Assembly (NCBI GenBank): GCA_051362555.1
Contig: CM120641.1
Span: 38,446,401-38,510,400, forward strand
Length of the DNA: 64,000 nucleotides
DNA from: Lingula anatina
Lineage: Eukaryota; Animalia; Brachiopoda
Direction of reading: 5' to 3'
Positions 37,604-48,757 of this stretch are shown piece after piece (position 1 is the stretch's first letter; every line of letters starts with the position of its first letter). The notes under the pieces are model-generated. The model saw nothing but the letters and a program-made list of their open reading frames with translations, searched no databases and was not told the DNA's origin. Position numbers and translations under genes: made by a program.

Positions 37604-40600
37604 CATAAAAGTATCATTCATCTTAACATGATGACTTGGAAAAAAGTGTGAAGATCTGGATGGGTCAATTTGACTATTTTACCCCCGTCACACTAGAGGC
37701 AGAATGAGCAAGAATGCTGTCGGAAAGACAATTCTTTCTGCGTTCCTGGATATTCGAAGACCATTCTAAAAATTCCTAGTACATTCCAAATATTTTTACC
37801 CATTTTTGTGGCCAGTCCGAATGTTTTGTTTAAAACTTTTGAAGTGCATTCCAAGTGGAAAATTTTCGAATGGCAGTTGAATAGTATTCTAACTGCACCA
37901 TGACTGCATTCTAAATATTTTCACGGCATTCCAAAAGCATTTGAAACATTCTGATCACATTTGAAGGCTAGAATAAGCTATAATGCAACTCAAATGCATC
38001 TCAATCCTATTTCAGCCAGCAATTGAACTACACTCGTACGGCATTCGAAGTGTATTCTAAATATTCTGACTGCATTCTGACAGCATTAATGATATTCCTA
38101 GTTTTTCAACTACATTTGAGCTGCATTTGAGAGTTAATACAGCCGAAATGTGCACAAATCATTCCAGGCAGATTCAAGCGCATTCTGAGTATTCCAATGG
38201 CATTCTTACAAGAATTTAGGTCAATTTGAAATTTCTTTCCGAATGTAGTAAGAATTTTAAAATTTAGCCATTCCGGCTGGTTCTGCTTGATTCCTGCTGA
38301 TTCCGAATAAGTGCCATGGGGGCTTTAGATCCTTTTAATAGCTAAGACATGGATGCAGTGGTTGCCTAAGCAGGACATTCTAATAGCATATATCACAGGT
38401 ATCTCCAAAGTGAACGTGTTGCCCATGTCAAATAATCTTCACTTTCTAGCTCTGCATCACAACTGTATCATGTCTGAATACACTCATGAATTTGGATCCT
38501 GGGGTTCTTTTGGTTCAACCTCCTACCTGCATGTCCTGCCTTGGGATTGTAGAACTGATCCCTGGCCTCCGTTGCTTCTTGATCGTGCACTGCAATATTA
38601 GGTTCTGAAGCTGTATCTCCTACAAATCACAAAATACAGGTTACACTGAAACTGTTTTTATAAAAGGCATTCATGAATACGTACAGGATTTTGCAGCAAA
38701 ACTACTGAAATAAACAGAAATAAAGGAAAGCAAAATGCTTCAGAATCTTTTTTTCCTTTTTTTCTAAAATAAAAAAGCTTTGTGCAAAAAAAAAAAAAAA
38801 AAGCACATGTATATGGTTTGTTCTGTTTTTCCAAAGAATGTCCTAGTAATTAGTGAAATTAAAGCAATGTGTAAACTTACCCTGTCCTACTGGCTGCCTT
38901 CTATTATTGTCAGTGTTCTGTGGTGTTTGCTGTGACCTGCCTGGGGGTGGGGGATTGGGCCTTAATACTGGCTCTGGCCTCTGGGGCATCATGGGTACTT
39001 TTGGGGGCACCACCACTGGCTCCCTCCTTTTAAGGTCAATCACATTTCCATGGCGACTTAGTGCTGAAAGTGAATAAAACTGGCTAAATATGTCATATTG
39101 TGCCGCTACTGTACATATTTCTAGTGAGCACATGTCACATATCAACAGACACATAATGTACATGTACAATAATGATTATAATACAATGAAAACTTATATG
39201 ATACCAAGCATGCCATTAAAAGAATCTTTTTGGCAAATAGCTCTTCTTAATATACTTATTCCTGACTGACAATTTTGGCCAGGCAAAATGGATAGATTCA
39301 GTTGGTTAAAGAGCATAACATATTTTTTTGTCTGGCCTAAATAAAAAGATATGATTATGAACAGACTAATAGATAAAATAACTGACTTTTGTAAGAATCA
39401 ATCTTTGTCAGCAAATCCTTCCTGTCTATGCTTTGAACCATCTCCACCAGAACATCAAGGTCATCTGGGGTCAGCAAATTCTGCTGTTCCAAAGCTACAA
39501 ATAATGTCTGCAGATCCTTGGCATTTTCTGTCTTGTATCTAGGAACATGTGCTTGAGCAATAAACTTCATGGATTCTACTTCACTTTTAGATACATCTTC
39601 TGCAATGTCATGCAGTAGAACCCTGTAACAAAGCACAGATATAATAGAACTGTGTTGCCATTTGATAATTAGGTAAGGTGGTTGTCTTAGGCTGTGTTCA
39701 GATTAAAAGTTATCTGTCCAGCAGGATCGATCTGGAATAAAACAGCAAATTCAACAAAGAATCATCAAAGATGATATGAGCAATCTGATTGTCAATCACC
39801 TATCACTGCTAGTTTGTAGTTAACTGCAAGCAGATATCCAATATAATTCCTTGCTGAAAGCATGTGATATGCCATCCCAAGGTATCAAATTCAGTCTCAC
39901 CATCTAGGGAAGCAGTGAAACTTTCCAGTACACTGAAATGCTAACCAATGTGCAGAGGCCACTGCTCTAATAAGAGTTTTAACATAGGAAACTTATAGTT
40001 GTTTGACATGAATCCATGTTTTACCACTGGAAAGCTTTAGTTTTTTAATTGTTTACACTAGTGGACTAGATTTGGTCTTAAAGTGCAATTTAAGATCACA
40101 AGTGATCTTACACCATCTTAATCATTACAGTACAGCAGTAGTCTTAAAATGGACTGAATCTGCTTTTAAGATCAAAAATGATCTAACATCTACTTAAGTG
40201 GTCAAGCAGTTTCCTCCCATCACAATGAGGGATACCTCCCCTCACAATAGAGGACACCTCTGCTAACAATAGGAGAATGTGTAAGAGGAGACAACTTAAT
40301 TGGCTGTCAGATCAGAAATGGTCTTTCTCATGTTTTAAGATCGTGAAAGACTATTTGTGATCTTAAATTGCACTTTAAGGCCAAATCAAGCCCACTAGTA
40401 TTAACAGTCTGCATCTATTTATGTACCCACCTAAATGGACTCAGTTGTTCTCCATGCTGCTCTATTTTATTTTTTATATCACGTAGTGAGAATCCCATTT
40501 GCTTCAACAAGTCTGCTCTTTGTATCCTAAAAAGACATTCCTCTAATAGTTTCAAATTATTGGGGCTTAGCAACCCTTTATATTCTAACTCTGTGAACAG

Positions 40601-40765
40601 TGCTAAACCTCTGTTGATTTTCTCTAGTTTTGAGTGTGGCAGTACATCACGGCAGAGGAATTTGATGGCATTTAAGTCCCGTGAAACAAGTTGTTCATCC
40701 ACTTTCTTGAGCAACATTCGGAAATATGAAGCTTGGGCTGGCTGTACTGCATCTGTTTCAATCAT
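34559..40765 (-). CDS. CASP8: Caspase-8-like initiator caspase (2 DEDs + p20/p10); exons 40765-40431, 39622-39387, 39063-38881, 38619-38527, 37543-37451, 37148-37050, 36790-36629, 36001-35861, 35159-34955, 34691-34559 (about 559 aa)
   Basis: DED1 (YFRMLLKKVDEQL...IQRADLL) and DED2 (RVLLHDIAEDVS...IDRKDLL), then YKMDSNPRGMCFIINN, DCFVCCILSHG, GKPKLFFIQACQG (caspase-8/10-type pentapeptide), IPNEADFLMGYATIPGFVSYR...GSWYI and KQSPAPMFTLRKRIFF*. All introns are GT/AG and the phases chain to 1680 nt. Confidence 0.92.
35317..35485. mobile_element. Short MITE with CAGGG(G/A)CGGAT...ATCCGCCCCTG termini
   Basis: Terminal inverted repeats; AACAT on both flanks (possible target-site duplication). Confidence 0.55.
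36038..36122. repeat. Compound (TAA)n(TA)n(CA)n microsatellite
   Basis: Direct runs in a caspase-8 intron. Confidence 0.9.
36395..36615. mobile_element. MITE-like repeat, family X copy 2
   Basis: Collinear similarity to 34095-34290. Confidence 0.65.
37680..38327. mobile_element. Degenerate non-autonomous DNA transposon (possibly PIF/Harbinger-like) rich in GAATG/CATTC motifs
   Basis: Imperfect termini ACCCCCGTCACACT ... AGTGCCATGGGGGCT with TTA flanks; the interior has many CATTC/GAATG repeats. Confidence 0.5.
40057..40399. mobile_element. MITE with terminal inverted repeats of about 45 bp in a caspase-8 intron
   Basis: ACTAGTGGACTAGATTTGGTCTTAAAGTGCAATTTAAGATCACAA ... TTGTGATCTTAAATTGCACTTTAAGGCCAAATCAAGCCCACTAGT. 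Confidence 0.8.
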
Positions 40766-42252
40766 TGTGGAAGAAGTGTTGATTTTAAGGTTTAAAACAT
40801 AATGCTTCCAGTCCTACAACTTCCAAACCTGAAAAAAAGTAAATGTAAATAATGATGATAATAATAGCAATTATAATAATAATAGCATGGCTATCTCGAT
40901 GTAAAAATACTTAATGACTTTAAAATGTAAATAGCATCATTCACCTCCAAGGGTAACCCCACCTACAAGTGCACTGAAATTTTAAAGTGATAGGTCAATC
41001 ATTCCCCAAATTTCAAGGGGTGTGAAAAATTAGAATCATCCCTCTCCTCCAATTTTATATGCCTTGGGTGGGTTGTCCTTTTTTTTTTTTTTTTTTTTTT
41101 TGAAAAGTTTAATGCTATCGTCCCCTATTCAATGCCAAAAAATGCCAACTTAGTTTAGTGTCCAATGTCTTCTAGAAATGGGAAGTGCATGAACAAGTAT
41201 AGGTATCTACTATGTGTTTGGTGTCTCACTGATCTACAGATACAGAGTACATTGTGACAGACATATTAAATATTGGATTCTCACCTTTATGCCCTATGCA
41301 AATCAAATTCTGCCTTGCTAGACAATATTTTTAGGTACTATTATAACTTTCTAATTCCAGGACAATTACATGTATAAAATAGGGCCCTGTTGGGTTTCTT
41401 CTTTACCAGTGAAAGCCACTTTTTATTTTGGAAATTCCCCGAGATGTGTAAAACATTCATATTATTTAGCATGATCCACGAAGCACCCTATTCCCATGAC
41501 TCATGAATGCAGCTTTTTGTTTCTTGTCCTTTGTGAATACTCAGTGATTTGTGATTTTCAACTCCCAGGACTCACATTATCAATGAAATATGAATAAAGT
41601 TTTCTTTACTGTCATTTGTGATTTGATGATCGCTACATCCCTCCAATGGGACCCTCATGAAACAAACACCGTTTCAGACATATAATAAGTAAATGAAAGA
41701 AACCTACCAGTACTGTGTAGCTAACACCACTACATCAAGGAGTTTCTGTTGAAACTCCTTGATAACTGTACATGTAGTAAGACTACTAGTACAATGAACT
41801 ATTGTAGCATATTTATAAACTTACATATATGCTGAATCATGTCAATAATCCATCTTTTAAAACCCTTCTGTTCAATTAGCAGATATTGCTAAAATTTTGT
41901 TCCAATGTAGTACACTAGTACTTGTAAGAATTTTAAGTGACAATTAACTGTAGAATTCGGTAGAATTCATACCAGTACATGTAATTATTGATACTGTACT
42001 AATAGAAAAATCCGTAGCTACCCCTTATGTTGTGTTAGCATTTTGGAATATGGTTACTTCTCCTCTGGAATTTTCAAAGTGAAAAATACCATAATGGAAA
42101 CTGGAGTTTCCCTTGTCATTTCAACATTCCAGACATGAATCATCGTGTAAACTTGAAAAGTTCCTATTTCCCTGTACCAATAGGCTTCCTTTCTTTGAAA
42201 TATTGATCAAGTTTTTAAAAACCTCTCTGTATTAATATCTAGACGTTCTTAC

Positions 42253-42565
42253 CTGTTCTTCAATCGAACTAAAAAATACAAAGTCAAATCAAATTAACAA
42301 GACCTTGTTCCAAGTTAAGACATAGTTTTAGAAAGAAAAATATCATGGGGAATTCCCTCGGTATCACACTTTCAAATATGGAAGTATAGAATGAAACACT
42401 CGGCATCGAGACTCTTGTTTGGATAAACTGGGCATATATATTGATGACGTCATGAAAATATGCGCAGAAGCTACACGGCCATTTTGTGTTGACTAACGCA
42501 TCTCATCTCGTTGATACAACCACGGTAAAAAGTGGTCAGCGTCATTGTAAAAGCAATTGACAGCT
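42253..42565. promoter_or_regulatory. Putative bidirectional caspase-8/NDUFB3 promoter, including a probable non-coding caspase-8 exon 1
   Basis: Strong - strand donor CAG|GTAAGA at 42253, matching the acceptor at 40828. kB site GGGGAATTCCC at 42347-42357, full CRE TGACGTCA at 42445-42452, YY1-like GCCATTTTG at 42478-42486. NDUFB3 ATG at 42566. Confidence 0.6.
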
Positions 42566-45500
42566 ATGGGTGGATCTGCGACACCCGAGGTTCCGGATTA
42601 CCGAAGATATAAAGCAGACCATGGTATAAAGGAACTACAAGCCCACGAGGCAAGACTTGCAAAAATGGGTTTGAAAGATCCATGGGTCAGGTAATGTTAA
42701 CAGGTAAAGGAGTAATTGCTCCTTTCTCTGAGCAGCGATCACTTCGTAAGCATCTTTGTGGGATATCTACTAATGTTCAAGTGGGATTTAAAAATGAAGA
42801 ATGGGATGGTGTAGCATAGGGCATTTAAATGTGAGATAATGCACTGTCACCTTGAAGGCTTCATCACTTCACTTCGTTTTGTTCTTAAGACAAGAATACA
42901 TCATGAATTCAGTAAGTGAAAGGTTTTAGGAAACCTATAATCATATTTGAATCATCATTTGGGTCAGGTTTTTGCAAATAAAATCCAGGGCATTGGTCCA
43001 GTATTTTTGGATTGATCTTAAGACCAGCATGGGTTCTAAGGATGAAGCTGATGGGATTTGAGTTAGCTATTTAAATCGATTTTATGAGGCGATTTTATGA
43101 AATTTGATTGAAAATACTCAACTATTTTTTAGTATTTTTTTATGTACAGACACAGATGTGTCTGTACATATTGCCATCACCTGCGTCTGTCGTCGCCGTT
43201 CATGTCGCCGTCGATGTCGCCGTCGCCGTGCACTTTCAGCGTTAACACCATAAGTGGAAGACAGTTTTACTATGTGGCTTTATATTTACAGAGCTGATGA
43301 ATATTCATCAAATGCAGGTCAAGTTCGAAAATCAGCATGATCGGGCCATTATTGTAGAATTTATGCTGTTTTTTTACTTTTCAGCATATATGCAACACTG
43401 TTAACACATTTCAAAGAAAACCGATAGGCCTGTTGTCATGAAACTCACAGGAGTAATCAATCTTACTAAAACGCAGGTCAAGTTTGAAAATCGGCATGAT
43501 CGGGCCACCATTTTAGTAGTTATGCTGTTTTTTCACTTTTCAGCATATATGCAACACTGTTAACATATTTCAAGAAAAACCCATAGGCCTGTTGTCATGA
43601 AACTCACAGGAGTAATCAATCTTACTAAAACGCAGGTCAAGTTCGAAAATCAGCATAATCGGGCCATTATTTTATAAGTTATGCTGATTTTTCACATTTC
43701 CTCGGATTCAATTCTTAGGCATGTTAACAGTCTCATTATTTAATTAATAAGATATGTAAAAGTGTTTGTTTGACATTTCCTGCATCTTTACAACATTGTT
43801 AGTTGATTATGTAAAAATGATGGTAAACTTGTTATCGTGTATTGTGTAATAAAGTGTCAAAAATGGAAATAAACTCATATCATTGCAGTTTGTAAGATTC
43901 AATCATTCACTATGCTCAGAAACTCAGAATGGAGGAAATTGAACATTTGACACTGTTCTATTGATATTTTTCACATCTCATCAACTTTCTTAGTTGATCA
44001 TATAAAAATGGCAGTAAACTGTTAATTTTGTTTTATGTTAAAAAAGTGTTAAAAATGAAAAAAAAAATGCATTTCAGAACAGTGCTGTCTTGTCTACATT
44101 TTGGCATTTTCAAGGTGTGACTTTGAAGTTCCATGGGCCTGAAGACCTTTGCCAGTCACATTTTCTGAATATCCATGATACTAATATTTTATTATTAAAA
44201 ATTGATGGTTATTATCCTGTTAAACATTATGTAATATTGCATCAAAATTTGAAGAAACCCCTATTTTAGACACTGCTCCCTTGATGACCATTTAAGGAAA
44301 ACCATGTCACTTACTGTTCTCTTACAGGAGAGAAACATGGGACTAAAATACAGTTTCATTAGGCAATGCAGTCTGTTTGGTAAATTTTTCTGGCAGTTAA
44401 TCAGTTTTTTTGTGAAAATTGATTTTTTCACATATTGGCAATTTCAAGGTGTAACTTAGAACCGCCTTGGGCTTGAAGACCCATGCTAGTCACATTTTCT
44501 GAAAATCCACGATATGTATATTGTATTATTAAAAACTGATGGTCTTTATGATGTTAAGCATTATGAAATATTGCATCAAAATAGAAGAAAACACAATTCT
44601 GGGTATTGCTGCCATGATGACCATCATGGGAAAACCATATTACTTATGATTGCCAAACTTTTAAAAAAGAAACACAGGACTAAAATGCAGCTCGAGTTGG
44701 AAAAGCAGTCTAATTGACTTCTTTTTCTGGAAGTTTTACTTTTTCAAAGTGTGAACTTGAACTCCCATGGGCCTGAAGCCTTATGCTTGTTACACATTTT
44801 ACTTACATTGGTATTACCTGTTGAGCATAAATAAAATTTGATGTTGAATTTGCAGTTTAACATAATGTACTTTTGCATCAGAATTGACAGTAGCCTATTT
44901 TGTTATTTCCTGCTTTTTGTCTGTACATTTGACAGCTTTGCTGCCTTGTTTTAATATGTTAGACTTATAGAGTGGCATTCTTAAGTTGCTTATATCTGTG
45001 GTTTTAAGGTTTTATTATAATTGATCAATGTGACAGCCAAGCGTGGGTGGCCTGGGGGAAGACTGCAAAATACATGTAATAAGATAAATATGATGTGAAG
45101 AAAGCAGCAGTTAGCCTGTCTCAAGTGACAACTGCTTTAATTGAACATGTCTTTATAACCTCTACCAAGGAGGTTATGTCTTTGGTTCCATTTGCTTTTT
45201 TGTTAGACTGTCTGTCTGTTGGATATTGCAAACAGACAAACGAACAAACTAATGGAACCAAAAACATAACCTCCATGGTTGAGGTAATTAAAAAATAATA
45301 ACGAGAATGGCCATGCCTTGGTAGAGGTCAGCACTTTTTTTGTGTTTTACTAGCTATTTGTTTTGTGGATCTAAAAGTACCCTTGTGCCTCTTTCTCTCT
45401 CTCAATCTGTTTATCAATCTCTCAACCAATTTTTTAGTAAGAGTTAATTGCAGAATGCTTTGTTTGCTTTCAGAAATGAGATATGGCGATATCACAAAGC

Positions 45501-45624
45501 GAAACACTCTCCAATGAGATGGCACATGGCTGTTCCTATTTTGCTGGGTTGTGTTCTAACGACAGCGTTCATAAAAACTCAGGAATATTTGGGATTCAGG
45601 AAGTCACATGATGACCATCACTAA
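42566..45624 (+). CDS. NDUFB3: NADH:ubiquinone oxidoreductase subunit B3 (B12); exons 42566-42690 and 45474-45624 (91 aa)
   Basis: Hand translation: MGGSATPEVPDYRRYKADHGIKELQAHEARLAKMGLKDPWV R NEIWRYHKAKHSPMRWHMAVPILLGCVLTTAFIKTQEYLGFRKSHDDHH*. Has the NDUFB3 signature PDY...LA..GL.DPW.RNE.WRY, a single hydrophobic helix and a His-rich C-terminus. Phase-2 AG|GTAATG / TTTCAG|A junction; AATAAA near 45882. Confidence 0.9.
43136..44950 (-). mobile_element. Non-autonomous Helentron-type element (HINE/DINE-like) in the NDUFB3 intron
   Basis: T-run followed by hairpin TATGTACAGACAC-AGAT-GTGTCTGTACATA (43141-43170), a (GTCGCC)n-like microsatellite, 159-bp tandem units (43314, 43473, 43632), further internal duplications, and a distal sub-terminal repeat TGTCTGTACAT (44918-44928) followed by CTTGTT. 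Confidence 0.7.
45155..45288. mobile_element. 134-bp palindromic mini-element
   Basis: ATAACCTCTACCAAGGAGGTTATGTCTTTGGTTCCATT ... AATGGAACCAAAAACATAACCTCCATGGTTGAGGTAAT; each arm itself contains a small ACCTC..GAGGT hairpin. Confidence 0.7.
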
Positions 45625-48600
45625 GCTTTATGAAAACTTAAGAAATGTCACGCTTTGTCCAATACATTCATTGGAAATATGCTTGATGTGGTATGTGGAA
45701 ATCACCATGGTAACTATGTTCTTGTAGATTATATCACAAAGTGTGAAATCGGATACAACAGATAAGCAGAAGGACACATGTAGATTGTAGAACAATGCAT
45801 GGAGGAAAGTTACAGGATTATGTTGCCCATGAAGTTAATCATTGTATGACTTGTTTGATGTATAAACTGGAATTGTTAAATAATAAAATGTTTTGTTAAA
45901 AAGAACTTATGTTTTATTTTGTTTCAAAGGGAATTTGTTCAGTAATGAAAGTGATACATCATACTCATCATCAATGCTAGCTGAAGATCTACAGTACCAC
46001 AGGGTTCATACAGCCTTAAATAGTGCTTGGATTTAGCCGTCTTGAAGTCGGCTTGTGACCTTGAGAAGTATTTGGAATTGCAATTAGCCTTGAAAAGCAT
46101 TTGAATTTGATCACTAAGCAATTTGTCAGAAATTATTTCAAATCTTGTCATTTTAACCTGAATGTAGACAATAACTATCAGAAGGGGAGAATACCCTTTT
46201 TGAACAACATTTAATTGTATTCTTTTAATGTTTCAACATTGATGTGTTGCTCTCATTTGCTTTCATGAATTCCTTGAAAAGCATGTGAATTACAGCCTCA
46301 AAAGTCCTTAAATTTGTTCTTAGTTTCCCTGCACAAACCCTGGACCAAGTGGTGAAAAAATAAGCCCCACACCTAAGTTAAAATTTTTTTTAAATCAAAG
46401 ACTTGAGTGAAGTGTATTTTGTGAATGATAAGCAATTAAGCATTATAATATATATTGGCAGACTGAAATGATGAAAAAATTTTTGAAATGAAATGGTCTT
46501 TGATTAAAGAATAGATATTTTGAAGACATTTTAATGCTTGGATATCCTCATGAAGTCAAACATTTTCCTCTAAACCAAACCGAATGCCACCATATAGTTT
46601 CAAATAATATAGCTTAAAGATACAAAGGGCATTGTTCATATTTCCTGAAAAATTATATTATAAGATATTTTCTGCTTTCTTGTGCTATAAATGAAACATT
46701 TCAAACTAAATTTAATTAAAAATGGTATAAAATGTGGAATCCAAGCAATGGTTTGTGAAAAGAGTAAAATTTTCTCTTTTAAGAAAATAGCAAATCTCAG
46801 ATAAGGTACCCTTAACTGTGCTTTTCCTAAATATAATGATGAAGCTGTTACAAAAGGGGTTTTTGCATGGACCGTTTGGGCACACAATGAGTGGGCAAAA
46901 AACAATTGTGTTAAATTTGCAACACAACCTCATATGCTTTAAACCTTTTTTTATTTGTAATATAAAGAAATAAGGGGAATAGTTTCAGCGAAACAATTAC
47001 ATTTGTGTGCAGTCGTCTCAGTACAATAAAAAAAAAACATTCCTTATTTATCACTTAATTTATAAATCCAACAACAAAATGCAATAGAAAAGGCTTGCCT
47101 TTACAGTATTTCTTTTAAGAAATTTTCATATACCATTTGGAAGGAATATCATTTAGACTTACCAATGTATGAATGCACTCAAATACTTCAAATTTATTCA
47201 ATTAAGTACTAATATTTTAGTTGCTTAAACACATCTTCAAAAAATTATGAAAATGTGAACTGCCAAGAATACATTCACACTAAGCCAAACCACAAGAATT
47301 GCCTCTTTCCCTACCTTAGCCATAGCTAAGCTGAAGAAGGCAAGGACCTTACTTTGTCTTACACTTCCAGATTCCTAGCATCACTAACACAATTCCAATG
47401 CCTTAGTGTCACACAGATAAGGCATTCACATTTGGTTTTACTCAAAACATTTTTGTCCAAAAATGCAAATCCAAGGAATTTAAATACATAGCTTCTTCCA
47501 TGCAAACTTCCACAAATCTGATAGCTGTCATATAAATATAAAACAGTGTCAATAGCAAAAACATCTGAAATTTAAAATATCTATCATCTCAATGAAAAAT
47601 TTACTTCTACAGTTCCAAGCTGTGGAAACTAAAGGGATTGTCCAAACACAAAAAGAAAATACTTCTTTAAGAGGGGAATAGAAGGTAGTTCAGGTGATTT
47701 CATAAAAGAAGTGATATTTAAATTGGCAAAACAAGCCATGTGTTACATTAAAGTTCTTTCATCCAATTTTGAAATCCAAAGCCATTATCCTTTTCAACCA
47801 AACTAAAATCTATGGAACTATATAAAAGATCCATTATCTACATAATTCACCACCAATATTCATTAATAGTAATTACATGCATGTTAACAAGAAAAATATT
47901 CTTTATGTAAAGAACACATAGTATCATCTCATGAAGCATATATCACACACTGGCAGCCACAGAAGCATTACTTGGAATATTACGTATTGTTGTCATTTTT
48001 GAGATGCAGAGCGTCAAGTAAAATAAAACCTTCAGAAAGTAAGAAATAAAGGATTAAAAAATAAACCTTTTATTGCTAAAGGATAGCAAAAATAGGAAAC
48101 AAAAATGGTCTCCCAACAACCCTTAAGACATCCAGTTCACCACGTCTTTATTACCTTGAAGTAAAACATACAATACCACTGCAACAACAAGCATTTTATT
48201 CTAGCTTGTAAGCACATGCTACAGCTTACAAACAAGTATTTACAAGCTGTAACCAGCTTAACAGTTAAACATCTACAAAGGTATCCACAAGCTATTTTCC
48301 AGCATATTCTCCATTATCTTACTTTTTTTTTAATCAGTAAGAAATGGCTAATTATTTTGTTAACATTAAAGTAGGAAAATGATCAGAGGTTTTTAAGGGA
48401 AAAAATAAAAATATCTCCAAAATTAAGAAAAAAGAAATAGGAACTTGACGCCCTGCTTGTGACAAATCTTCAAAAATTCATTTTTGAAGATGGAAACAGG
48501 ATCCCAAAGTTCTTTGTGGTGAGTAGAAAAAAAACAAAAAAACAAAAAAAAAACTGATCTCAAATTTTTGCAAAATAAAGCAACTAGTGCATAATTACTG

Positions 48601-48757
48601 TGCACCTTGTGACCTTAAAATGTTTTTTTTTAACCAAGACATAAGTTGTTTATAATGTAAGCTTGACCACATCTTGCTTTTTATCACACTTCGAATAATA
48701 ATCCTCTGCATGTTTTCATTACTCTCTGGTAATGGGGGGAAAACAACCTAGAGGTGT

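Noticed and set aside
34559-40765. Calling the DED protein cFLIP
   Set aside because: The catalytic His (SHG) and Cys (QACQG) are intact.
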